The notes beneath the pieces are model-generated. The model worked only from the letters and a program-made list of their open reading frames with translations, was not told where the DNA came from and did no database searches. The position numbers were made by a program, and so were the translations under genes. Positions 9,973 through 18,488 of a DNA stretch of 64,000 bases are shown here, piece by piece. The stretch is taken from assembly GCA_963835675.1 (NCBI GenBank), contig CAWIGH010000005.1:271874-335873 (forward strand). Direction: 5' to 3'. The DNA is from an uncultured Flavobacteriaceae bacterium (lineage in GTDB: Bacteria > Bacteroidota > Bacteroidia > Flavobacteriales > Flavobacteriaceae). Each line of letters opens with the position of its first letter. The stretch's first letter is position 1.

Positions 9973-10743
9973 TTACATTGTTAATGTGAGTCCGCCATCT
10001 ACAGTAAGCGTTGAGCCAGAAATATAACTGGATTCATCTGAACAAAGAAACACAATAGCATTTGCAATCTCTTCCGGGCGACCAATTCGTTGTAAATGTA
10101 CGGTAGGAAGCAGTCCTTTATCGTACAAGTCGTCACCAACAATACCTCTCAGGCGTTGGTGCATAGGTGTTTCAGTAATACCCGGACATAAAAGGTTTAC
10201 TCTAATGCCCTTAGGTCCTAATTCGGCAGAGACACTGGTCGTTAATCCAATAAGACCGTGTTTAGATGTTACATAGGCCGATCCGGTTGGAAAACCGAGA
10301 AATGAATTCACTGAGCCTATATTCACAATTGCACCACCCAAACCAAGTTTAAGCATGGCTCTGGCCTCATATTTCATGCAAAGAAATGTTCCCTTTAAGT
10401 TGATGTCAAGAACCTGATCCCAATCATCTTCAGCAAGGTCAGTTATTCCATTTAGTTTTCCTTCAATACCGGCATTATTTATTGCATAATCCAAACGGCC
10501 AAATACTTCGATAGTATGAGCGACCATTTGCTCTACGCTTTTAGCAATCGAAACATCGGTCTTGATTGCAGACGCCTTGCCACCCTTTGCTTCAATAGAA
10601 GCTACTAAGCTATCAAGTTTCTCTTTTCGACGTGCTGCGACTACTACACTTGCACCATTCGCTGCAAAAGCTTCGGCAGTAGCTCTTCCAATACCACTAC
10701 TTGCTCCAGTTATAAGTACGACTTTTTCTTTCATATTACTCAT
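9973..10743 (-). CDS. SDR-family NAD(P)-dependent oxidoreductase (C12)
   Basis: TGASSGIG, NNAG, YVTSK. Confidence 0.92.
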   Translation of the reverse strand: MSNMKEKVVLITGASSGIGRATAEAFAANGASVVVAARRKEKLDSLVASIEAKGGKASAIKTDVSIAKSVEQMVAHTIEVFGRLDYAINNAGIEGKLNGITDLAEDDWDQVLDINLKGTFLCMKYEARAMLKLGLGGAIVNIGSVNSFLGFPTGSAYVTSKHGLIGLTTSVSAELGPKGIRVNLLCPGITETPMHQRLRGIVGDDLYDKGLLPTVHLQRIGRPEEIANAIVFLCSDESSYISGSTLTVDGGLTLTM

Positions 10744-10814
10744 TTGATTTCTTTTTAATTGGTTAGTATAATTTAAAATATTTTATCGTTGGTTTTTTGG
10801 TTGGTCATAATGTT

Positions 10815-10865
10815 GGCTAACGTGTTTGTGTATGATTTCGTTGCGCCTGCCTGCCGCAGGCAGGC
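10815..10865 (-). repeat. Truncated attC-like site S5 (one arm only) ending in a 19-nt REP-like unit (10846-10864)
   Basis: GGCTAAC-gtgtttgtGTATG-atttcgttgcg-[CCTG-CCTGCC-GCA-GGCAGG]; no TTATA...GTT arm follows. Confidence 0.72.
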
Positions 10866-10870
10866 TTTCG

Positions 10871-11206
10871 TTATCTTTCACTACTTGAACTCTTTGCACT
10901 CAATTCGTTTTTCAAATCTAATTGAAGTTTTTTGTTTGCCATTAAAAGATCTTCAAGCGCTGTTATGGCCCATGATGTTTTAATGCCTAAATCAAACAAC
11001 ATTTGATCTAACTCCACATTACCGTACTGTTCTTTTAGTTTGGGGTAGGACAAAATATTTTTTTCTCTGAGTTTATAATAATTTAGTTGATAATTATTAA
11101 ATAATTCTCTTGCATCATTGATTCCATTTTTTGCTAAAAATGGTTTTAATCAATCTTCTTTGAAACCCCATAACGGTTCAGAAGCGTCACGTACAAAAAT
11201 TTCCAA
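10871..11206 (-). pseudogene. Gene remnant with an in-frame TGA (11150-11152) and no clear start
   Basis: Frame continues upstream of ORF 10871-11053: LEIFVRDASEPLWGFKED*LKPFLAKNGINDARELF... Confidence 0.55.
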
Positions 11207-11207
11207 T

Positions 11208-12344
11208 CTAAATTAACTGATATACCATTATCTTCTTTTCTTTCCCTTTAACACTTACCTCCCCCCAGGGTTTTGTTGAAATAATTGCTTTGGTTTTTTT
11301 ATAAATGGATTCACTTATTAGAATGGCATTGGAAAGATCTGAGGTCAATGCTTCTATCCTTTTTGCTGTGTTTACAACATTACCGGTAATTGCATAGGTA
11401 AGTCTATCATCAGAACCAAGGTTTCCGGCTATTATTGGACCATAATTTAATCCAATACCTATTGTAATTTTCTCCGGTAAAATATCCTTTAAGTCCTTAT
11501 TGATCTCTTCCAGCTTTTTTATCATTTCGATTGCACAATAAGCGGATGAAATTTCAGGATCTTTAATTGGTAAGGGAGCGCCAAAAGTAGCGAAAATTTC
11601 GTCACCCGTAAATTGATTTATGACTCCATTGTGCATTTTAATTACATCTGCCATCTTTGAATAATACGTATCAAGTATGCGTACTACCTCTATAGGATTC
11701 AATTTTTCCACAATCGGGGTAAATCCTCTAATATCACAAAAAAGTAGTGCCACATTCAACTTGACACCTTCCTTAATGTCTTTTTTGTTATCAGCAATAG
11801 CGTTTTTTACGATCGACTCTGGAACATATTTCACAAATAGATCTAACGTTTTTTTCTGTTTTTCTGTCAGAGAAAGAAGTTTGGTATTTGCTTGTTCGAT
11901 TTCTTTGATTCGTTTTAATTCCCTTTTTCTTGCCTTCTCCAGTCTGTTTTCGATCTTAACATTTTCAGTTATATCATTCTGAACAGCCAGCAACTGATCG
12001 AGTTCTCCATTGATATCAAATACTGGGGCAATAGACCACTCCATATAAAATTCAGTTCCATCCTTTTTGTAATTAATTGTCTTCCCTTTCCATGCTTCTC
12101 CGGTATCGAGGATTTCCCCTAAATTTCGAAAGATATTTAGGTTTGTTTTAGAGCCTTGCAGAATTCTTGGACTTTTACCGATTACTTCCTCTCTGCTCCA
12201 ACCCGTCATTTCTTCAAAAGCTTTATTGACATAAATAATATAGGGCCCGGGAGAATCAAGTTCTGTAGTAGTAATCAATATACTTTGAGTCATTGCCTCT
12301 AATAATTTGATGGTGTTATATGAATATGGTTCTGGATTGTGCAT
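11208..12344 (-). CDS. PAS-domain class III nucleotide cyclase (C11)
   Basis: PAS (YVNKAFEEMTGW, IGKSPRILQG, NYKKDG) + coiled coil + FCDIRGFT, FTGDEI, GNVVNTAKRIE. Confidence 0.88.
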   Translation of the reverse strand: MHNPEPYSYNTIKLLEAMTQSILITTTELDSPGPYIIYVNKAFEEMTGWSREEVIGKSPRILQGSKTNLNIFRNLGEILDTGEAWKGKTINYKKDGTEFYMEWSIAPVFDINGELDQLLAVQNDITENVKIENRLEKARKRELKRIKEIEQANTKLLSLTEKQKKTLDLFVKYVPESIVKNAIADNKKDIKEGVKLNVALLFCDIRGFTPIVEKLNPIEVVRILDTYYSKMADVIKMHNGVINQFTGDEIFATFGAPLPIKDPEISSAYCAIEMIKKLEEINKDLKDILPEKITIGIGLNYGPIIAGNLGSDDRLTYAITGNVVNTAKRIEALTSDLSNAILISESIYKKTKAIISTKPWGEVSVKGKEKKIMVYQLI

Positions 12345-12453
12345 TGACTGTCAACTTATAATTTTTTGAACAAATAATCCTTGTTTTATATATTGAAATA
12401 TTCCATGGGATACAACGTGTTTGTGTATGGTTTAGCTTCGCTCGTCTGTTTCG

Positions 12454-12472
12454 CCTGCCTGCCACTGGCAGG
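12454..12472 (+). repeat. 19-nt REP-like unit
   Basis: CCTG-CCTGCC-ACT-GGCAGG. Confidence 0.8.
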
Positions 12473-12553
12473 TGTTTAAGCAACTAATTTAGCAAACATT
12501 TCACAAATAGAAAATTCCAGCAGAATTTTCGAAAGTAGGCTAGAACCAAGTAA

Positions 12554-12572
12554 CTTGTCCGCCTCTGGCGGA
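12554..12572 (+). repeat. 19-nt REP-like unit
   Basis: CTTG-TCCGCC-TCT-GGCGGA at AA|TTAATTATA; homolog at 17985-18003. Confidence 0.8.
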
Positions 12573-12581
12573 TTAATTATA

Positions 12582-12619
12582 TCCGCCTGCCACTATAAAT
12601 ATTTATTGAGGCGCGCAGG
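12582..12619 (+). repeat. 38-bp nested REP-like composite
   Basis: TCCG-CCTGCC-ACT-[ATAAATATTTATTGAGGCG]-CGCAGG at TTATA|CAC. Confidence 0.8.
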
Positions 12620-12658
12620 CACGTTGTGTGCATTGGCTTTTCTATTGTCTTCTTTAAG

Positions 12659-13138
12659 TTATTTCTTTTTATCAGAAAACCAAGTATCTCTTAAAATTTT
12701 CCATTTCCCATCATCCTTTTTCCAAACCAATAAATATCTTCCACTACCAACTATTGTTCCATCGGTTTTAGACCAAATTCCTGTTCCGTCTTCCACAAGT
12801 AACTGTTCATTTCCCCATAATTTTGTGGTTTTAAAACTTGAGCCAGTTGTACCACCTTTAATCATTTTTCCAAAAACTTTAGTAATATTTTCTCTACCCA
12901 CTATAGATGGTATTATTTCGGCATCTTCCATATACATATTCCCTAAAGCAATTGAGTCTCCGTTTTTCAAATGACTTTCAAATTCCCGCAGACGTAATTC
13001 AATTTCTTTTTCAAGTTTAGAGATATTAGGTTCAGTATTTATTATCTTTTCTTCTGTTTTTTGTTCACAACCGAAAGTAAAAATCGATAATATTAAAATT
13101 AGAGATAGTCGAATTGCATTTGTTTTTAGTTTTTTCAT
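12659..13138 (-). CDS. NTF2-like / DUF4440 lipoprotein (C10)
   Basis: Lipobox TFGC; GRYLLVWKKDDGKWKILRDTW. Confidence 0.82.
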   Translation of the reverse strand: MKKLKTNAIRLSLILILSIFTFGCEQKTEEKIINTEPNISKLEKEIELRLREFESHLKNGDSIALGNMYMEDAEIIPSIVGRENITKVFGKMIKGGTTGSSFKTTKLWGNEQLLVEDGTGIWSKTDGTIVGSGRYLLVWKKDDGKWKILRDTWFSDKKK

Positions 13139-13159
13139 TGTAATTTTCGGATTAGATTG

Positions 13160-13313
13160 ATTTAACGGTTTCGGTTATGAGTAGTTGCGTGGGTTAGCAC
13201 TTAACTTTGCAAGAACGCACCAAACTGAAAATCCGTCCCGCCACGCTTTTTTAGCGTGGGAGGATTTTCAGAAGTAGGCGAGAACAAGCAATTACTTATG
13301 GCCATTGTTGGCA
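13160..13313 (-). repeat. attC-like site S7 (154 bp) with a REP-like insert at 13237-13260
   Basis: ATTTAAC-ggtttcgg-TTATGAGTAGTTGC ... GCAATTACTTATGG-ccatt-GTTGGCA. Confidence 0.85.
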
Positions 13314-13354
13314 ATAGTTTTATTTTTTAATAATATCACTTTCTCATAGAATTA

Positions 13355-14986
13355 TTAATTGTTTTCTCTGATAAGTTTGAATTCGCTTCCTTTCTTCCAT
13401 TTTGGAAAAGAATTTTCGTTGGCTAGTTTAAAACCAACTTGAAATAAAAGTTGTGCATCAAATTGAACACCACTTAACTCAGTGATGTTAGGATTGTATT
13501 CATCTGTAGGTTGATGATAAATATTTTTTCTGTAATTTTCATTCCATTGTTTGATTTTATCAATGTTTGAATTAAAACCTTCATAAGATCCTTTGGCATA
13601 AAGTGCAGGAATACCAATTTTTGCAAAATTAAAGTGATCTGATCTAAAGAAAGAACCTGCTTCAGGTTTTGGATCAGGAATTATGTAACGACCTTGGGCT
13701 ATAGCAGCTTCTTCTGCATAATCGTCTAATTCTGATTGGCCATAACCAATAACAGTGAGATCTTTCATTGGCTCTGGGCTATTAAAAGCATCCATATTAA
13801 TATTTGCCACGGTTTTTTTTGGGTTGAAAATAGGGTTTTCGGCATAAAAAGCTGAACCTAATAAACCTTGTTCTTCTCCAGTTACTGCCATAAAGACAAT
13901 AGAACGTTTTGTTACATTACTTTTCTTGAACGCTTCTGCTATAGCTAATAAGCCTGAAGTTCCAGATGCATTATCTACAGCACCATTATAAATTGAATCA
14001 CCTTCGATAGCTTTACCAATACCAAAATGATCCCAATGTGCAGAGTAAATTATAAATTCGTCTTTTCTTTCAGTACCAGGTATAAGTGCTACTACATTCT
14101 TAGAAACGTCTTTCTTAATTTTATTTTTAATGTTTACCGAAACGTTTAAATTTAACGGAATCGGTTTAAAGCTTTTATTTCTAGCTATGGTTTTATAATC
14201 TTGCTCTTTCATGGAAGAAGCATCAAACATTTTTTCAGCACTTTCACCACTTATCCATGATTCGACATTTAAAAGAGGCAAATCACTTTCTATTATTAAA
14301 TGAGCGCCACTCCCACTAGATTCTATTACATTCCATCCATAAGAAGCTGGTTCGGTATCATGAATTATAATTAGACCATCAGCACCTTGCCTAGCAGCTT
14401 CCTCAAATTTATAAGTCCAACGTCCATAATAAGTCATTTCATTACCTTTAAATAAGGTTGAATCACCAGATTTAAAACCTGGGTCATTAATTAAAACTAC
14501 AGCTGTTTTACCTTTCCAGTCGATACCTTCATAATCATTCCATCCATATTCTGGAGCAACAATTCCATAACCTGCAAAAACAAGTTCAGAATTTTCAAGA
14601 CTAACTTCAGTCACAGTTTTATTTGTCGTGGCTACAAAATCTTTTAAGAGTTTCAAATTGAAACTTCCATTTTTACCAGAAATCACCATATTTTCAGAAG
14701 GAGTTCCTGTTATTTCTATCATAGGAACATCTTGAAAAAAACTATCACCATTTCCTGGTAAAAGCCCCAGTTTCTCAAACTCATCTTTTAAATAATTCAC
14801 GGTTTTTACTTCTCCTTCAGTAAATGGTTTTCTCCCTACGAATTCATCTGATGCTAACCGTTCAATGTGATTACCAATAGTTGTTTGATCTACTTCAACT
14901 ATGTTTATTTTTAACTTTTTGTCGTTTTTACAACTGCTAAAAAGCACTGCTGCTACTGCTAAAATTTTTAAATAATTTTTTATCAT
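13355..14986 (-). CDS. M28-family metallopeptidase lipoprotein with PA-like insert (C9)
   Basis: Lipobox FSSC; AHWDH, GAVDNASG, EEQGLLGS, NMD, YHQPTD. Confidence 0.92.
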   Translation of the reverse strand: MIKNYLKILAVAAVLFSSCKNDKKLKINIVEVDQTTIGNHIERLASDEFVGRKPFTEGEVKTVNYLKDEFEKLGLLPGNGDSFFQDVPMIEITGTPSENMVISGKNGSFNLKLLKDFVATTNKTVTEVSLENSELVFAGYGIVAPEYGWNDYEGIDWKGKTAVVLINDPGFKSGDSTLFKGNEMTYYGRWTYKFEEAARQGADGLIIIHDTEPASYGWNVIESSGSGAHLIIESDLPLLNVESWISGESAEKMFDASSMKEQDYKTIARNKSFKPIPLNLNVSVNIKNKIKKDVSKNVVALIPGTERKDEFIIYSAHWDHFGIGKAIEGDSIYNGAVDNASGTSGLLAIAEAFKKSNVTKRSIVFMAVTGEEQGLLGSAFYAENPIFNPKKTVANINMDAFNSPEPMKDLTVIGYGQSELDDYAEEAAIAQGRYIIPDPKPEAGSFFRSDHFNFAKIGIPALYAKGSYEGFNSNIDKIKQWNENYRKNIYHQPTDEYNPNITELSGVQFDAQLLFQVGFKLANENSFPKWKKGSEFKLIRENN

Positions 14987-15019
14987 TTGTATTTTAAATT
15001 AAATGTGTGGTTTAATTAT

Positions 15020-15145
15020 TGCCAACGTGTTTGTGTATGGTTTACCTTTGGTGATTATTCTCCCAAGCTTGTTTTTGTTTAACATCATTTTGTTTCAAAA
15101 TTAAGCTAAAATAGATTTGTTTTTTAACTCAGTTCTTTGTTGTGG
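15020..15145 (-). repeat. Internally collapsed attC-like site S8 containing a ~94-bp palindromic insert shared with S10
   Basis: TGCCAAC-gtgtttgtGTATG ... GTTGTGG; the TTATA inner arm is missing. Confidence 0.65.
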
Positions 15146-15195
15146 GCAGTTCATTCTCACTTTATTTCGTTTAGTATAAATTCAATTAACCTTGT

Positions 15196-15618
15196 CTATT
15201 TAAGCCAACCTTTTTTAGTGGCTCTTTTACTATAGAAATAAAGAAATGTTGCTATCGCAATAACTACAATAGGAATAATAGCGTAAAATACAATTGAGGT
15301 TTTTTTAATGTCAAAAATAAGTAGCCAATAAAATTCTATAAAAAGCAAAGAAATTAATGATATTGCAAAAAATTTAGAAGCAATTTTTTTTCTCATAAAA
15401 AGCATAAAACTGCCTATCATCTCAGAAAATAAAGCAAATAAAAATACAACCATATACCAAAAAGGAATTGACTGTATTTTCTCGAATTCTTCGGTAGTTG
15501 AATATTTTTGTAGAAAATCAATTTCATAAGAACTAAAGTAAATTTCAATTATATTCCACAAAAGAGCAAAAATGGCTACGAGCCAAAAGGAAGTCGGTGG
15601 TTTAATATCTAGTCCCAT
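15196..15618 (-). CDS. Small multi-pass membrane protein, unknown function (C8)
   Basis: KPPTSFWLVAIFALLWN; four hydrophobic segments. Confidence 0.75.
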   Translation of the reverse strand: MGLDIKPPTSFWLVAIFALLWNIIEIYFSSYEIDFLQKYSTTEEFEKIQSIPFWYMVVFLFALFSEMIGSFMLFMRKKIASKFFAISLISLLFIEFYWLLIFDIKKTSIVFYAIIPIVVIAIATFLYFYSKRATKKGWLK

Positions 15619-15753
15619 AATAAAAAGATTAATTTAGTGTATCATAAAGATAACTAACTTATTGAGGATTTTGATAAAATAATATTTTCGTTAGTTAAAT
15701 TCAAGTGCTAAGCGCAACTTTTTCATTATTTTTTTATTTCTTTTAATTTAATG

Positions 15754-16548
15754 TCAGCCAAATGCAGCTCTCTTTGCGTGCTGCACGTTTGTAAAGACCT
15801 GATCGAGATAAAATTCATCTTTCAAGATGCCATTTACACGCTCTGCGATGGCATTCTCGTAGCAATGGTTTTCTTCAGTCATACTAATATCTATCTTATT
15901 TCTTTTAAGTATTTGAGTGTATACATTGCTGCAATACTGTATTCCTCTGTCTGAATGATGAATAAGTTGTTTAATATTCTTGGATTGATAAATGGCTTTA
16001 TTAAGCGCTCTAACGCATCCTTTAAGTTCTAAACTATCACTAAGGTCATAACCTACAATCTTTCTAGAATACATGTCTGTAATGAGCTCGAGATAACAAA
16101 ATCCTTTTACGGTTCTTATATAGGTAATATCAGATGCCCAAACTTGGTTAGGCCTTGTAATATCTAAATCTTTAATGATGTTTTTATACTTGTAGAACCT
16201 GTGCAACGAATTGGTTGTTCTGGCACTGTATTTCTTTCTAAGTGTTAGCATTTGATGTTTTCTAAGGACATTAAATAACGTGTCTCTACCGACTTTAAGA
16301 TTGGCTTTGGTAAACTCATCTTCCAATGATATCTTAAGTTTCCGCACGCCTTCTCGAGGAAGGGATCTGCGTCTTTTCATTACAATTTCTATAATTTGTT
16401 GTTCTAATTCTAAACGTTTATCAGCTCTAATTTTGTACTTATAATAAGCATCGCGTTTAAGTCCAAAACAATGGGTTATAGTAGATAAAGAAGCAAATCC
16501 CTTAGATTTCTCTTTGGCTTTGATTAAGGCTTTATGCTTAGCTTTTTT
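15754..16548 (-). CDS. IS3 OrfB DDE transposase, C-terminally truncated
   Basis: WASDITY, HHSDRGIQY, NAIAERVNGILK; ends prematurely ...HAKRAAFG*. Confidence 0.85.
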   Translation of the reverse strand, partial: KKAKHKALIKAKEKSKGFASLSTITHCFGLKRDAYYKYKIRADKRLELEQQIIEIVMKRRRSLPREGVRKLKISLEDEFTKANLKVGRDTLFNVLRKHQMLTLRKKYSARTTNSLHRFYKYKNIIKDLDITRPNQVWASDITYIRTVKGFCYLELITDMYSRKIVGYDLSDSLELKGCVRALNKAIYQSKNIKQLIHHSDRGIQYCSNVYTQILKRNKIDISMTEENHCYENAIAERVNGILKDEFYLDQVFTNVQHAKRAAFG

Positions 16549-16934
16549 TTTAGTTCGGCAACAGATTTGTAGCCTAGGTCTTCTGCCGCTACTTCCAGGT
16601 ATGAATCTAATACCAAGGCATCCAGATCTTTTTTTAAGAGTAGCTTTTTAAGCTGTTCAATCTCTTTTTGCAGTGCCTTAATCCGAGTTATTTCGTCTTT
16701 TGTTTCCACTTTTAATCTGGTGTTCATTAGGTCTTTACGATTGTACTTTCTAATCCATTCATTAATGGTCGTGAGAGCAATACCATAAAGTTTTCCTAAC
16801 TGATTCTTGTTTAGTTTTCCTGTACTAATTTCGTCTAAAATTTTTAATTTGAAAGGTTCGCTGTACCGTCTAATTACTTTGTCATTTTTATACATAATGT
16901 TTAAAATTATGTAGCCTTTATTCAGGACGGGTCA
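15763..16934 (-). mobile_element. IS3-family insertion sequence, 3'-truncated (only one inverted repeat)
   Basis: End reads TGACCCGTCCTGAATAAAGGCTACA on the minus strand from 16934; orfA/orfB in -1 relation; no matching IR near 15750. Confidence 0.9.
16524..16895 (-). CDS. IS3 OrfA (HTH)
   Basis: RRYSEPFKLKIL...TTINEWIRKY; A9G run at 16542-16551 contains the A-AAA-AAG -1 frameshift motif. Confidence 0.85.
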   Translation of the reverse strand: MYKNDKVIRRYSEPFKLKILDEISTGKLNKNQLGKLYGIALTTINEWIRKYNRKDLMNTRLKVETKDEITRIKALQKEIEQLKKLLLKKDLDALVLDSYLEVAAEDLGYKSVAELKKKLSIKP

Positions 16935-16941
16935 AAATTAG

Positions 16942-17071
16942 CCACAACGGTACGTATATGCTACGTGCCGTCGTGATTGAATTTAGTACCGTTAAAATTA
17001 ATCTTTTTCGTGTATAATTAAACTATCATTTTATGAACCTAAATCAGCATGGAGCATATATATTGTTGTAG
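16942..17071 (-). repeat. attC-like site S9 (130 bp)
   Basis: CCACAAC-ggtacg-TATATGCT ... AGCATATA-tatt-GTTGTAG. Confidence 0.82.
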
Positions 17072-17083
17072 GGCGTATTTATC

Positions 17084-17521
17084 TTATTTAAATTCATAAA
17101 TAACTTTGTTTTTAACAATCTTCTTTACAAATAACCAAACGAATAAAGATATTACTCCACCGATTAAAGTCCCATAAATATCTTTCCAGTCAAATACTCC
17201 ACGAGGCAAATAGGGTTGCAAAATTTCATAAAGAATATATCCAATCACAACAAAACCAATTACACGAAATACTTTCTTTCTTGGTGAGTTCAATATTGCC
17301 AACATGAAAAATATTTGAACGATTATTCCTCCCGAATTTCCGATACTATCAGCAATTCCATAATCATCAATGTTGTTTGTATAAATATATGGTCTATAAA
17401 TGTTTCTCCCGATCTCGGTCAAAAAGAAAAATAAAACTGCAATCAAGAAATAAATAATCCTTTTACTATCAATCGTTTTTATTGATGCTTTATCTGTAAA
17501 AAAGTTATTATTATTTTCCAT
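17084..17521 (-). CDS. Membrane protein with a weakly VanZ-like C-terminus (C7, gene 2)
   Basis: Four TM segments; YEILQPYLPRGVFDWKDIYG. Confidence 0.65.
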   Translation of the reverse strand: MENNNNFFTDKASIKTIDSKRIIYFLIAVLFFFLTEIGRNIYRPYIYTNNIDDYGIADSIGNSGGIIVQIFFMLAILNSPRKKVFRVIGFVVIGYILYEILQPYLPRGVFDWKDIYGTLIGGVISLFVWLFVKKIVKNKVIYEFK

Positions 17522-17563
17522 TTTTTGACTTCTAATAAACTCTTTTTAAGAATTATGAATCTC

Positions 17564-17746
17564 TTATTTTTGCTTTTCAACAACAAGGATATAATCAATT
17601 TTCGCTGTTGCCCCCATTAGTTGAAAAGTTGGACGAACATTAGGGATTATTGAAACAACTTCTCCACCAAGTTTATTTAAATATTGCTCTAATTTTTCTT
17701 GCATGTTTTCATTTTTGACCTCAATTCTATGTACTTTGTATTTCAA
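17564..17746 (-). CDS. 60-aa hypothetical protein (C7, gene 1)
   Basis: ATG start ~40 bp after the S10 core; protein-like composition. Confidence 0.65.
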   Translation of the reverse strand: MKYKVHRIEVKNENMQEKLEQYLNKLGGEVVSIIPNVRPTFQLMGATAKIDYILVVEKQK

Positions 17747-17782
17747 ATTATATATTTTATGGTTAAAGTTCTTCTATATGCC

Positions 17783-18063
17783 ATACAACGTGTTTGTATA
17801 TGGTTTAGCTTCGCTGATTATTCTCTCAAGCTTGTTTTAGTTTAGCATCATTTTGTTGCAAAATGCTGAACAAAAATCAGCTTGTTTCAATAGTTTTTTT
17901 GTGGTTAAGCAACTAATTTAGTAAACAAAAACGTGCCAGAGAAAATTCCGAAGGAATTTTCCGAATAAGCACTTGCCAAAGCAACCTGTCGGCCTTTGGC
18001 GGATTAATTATACCCGCCTGCCACTATAAATATTTATTGAAGCGGGCAGGCACGGTGTTGCCC
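17783..18063 (-). repeat. attC-like site S10 (281 bp) with ~90-bp palindromic insert (17815-17904), 19-mer (17985-18003) and 38-mer (18013-18050)
   Basis: ATACAAC-gtgtttGTATATG ... TTATA[insert]cacggt-GTTGCCC. Confidence 0.8.
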
Positions 18064-18126
18064 ATTGTAGTTTTTTTATTTTGAAAATATTTTTTTATTT
18101 TTATTTTATAATTAAAATTCTGTGTC

Positions 18127-18486
18127 ATGAGAAATCACATTTTATTTGCTCTTTTTATAATTATGTTTTCAGGTGTTATTTATTCTCAAAGTTCTAATTC
18201 AAGTATAAAAATTGGAGATGTTTTTGTTATAGGTGAAGTTTACAATAATAATTATAAACATATTAATTTCCCAAGAGCTAACTTCATTATAAAAAAAGGA
18301 GGAATTGCCAATTACAATAATGTTAAAGATAAAAAGGTCGAAGTTACGTCAATTAAAGAGAAGAAAGATGGTAGATTAATTGCTACTATTAAATTGGCTT
18401 CTAATAAATTCTTTTTTAACAGCCACAAATATGTAACTGTTGAAATTAGTGAAGCAATTAGTCAAAAAGAATTATTAAGAATTTGA
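18127..18486 (+). CDS. Secreted hypothetical protein, inverted relative to the array (inside C6)
   Basis: Signal peptide; HINFPRANFIIKKGGIANY; stop lies 2 bp from the convergent gene's stop. Confidence 0.8.
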   Translation: MRNHILFALFIIMFSGVIYSQSSNSSIKIGDVFVIGEVYNNNYKHINFPRANFIIKKGGIANYNNVKDKKVEVTSIKEKKDGRLIATIKLASNKFFFNSHKYVTVEISEAISQKELLRI

Positions 18487-18488
18487 GT

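Larger units (their letters stand above)
12410..12629 (-). repeat. attC-like site S6 (220 bp) with three REP-like inserts (12454-12472, 12554-12572, 12582-12619)
   Basis: ATACAAC-gtgtttgtGTATG ... TTATA[insert]cac-GTTGTGT. Confidence 0.8.

Noticed and set aside
11150-11152. In-frame TGA as selenocysteine or recoding
   Set aside because: No SECIS-like or catalytic context. TGA is used as a normal stop elsewhere (e.g. the tadA and TonB-like genes).
11990-12260. LOV photoreceptor call for the PAS domain
   Set aside because: The motif is GKSPRILQG, which lacks the photoactive Cys of GxNCRFLQ.
15752-15767. TGTCAGCC... as the second IS3 inverted repeat
   Set aside because: It does not match the intact end TGACCCGTCCTGAA beyond the first two bases, and it lies within the truncated OrfB.
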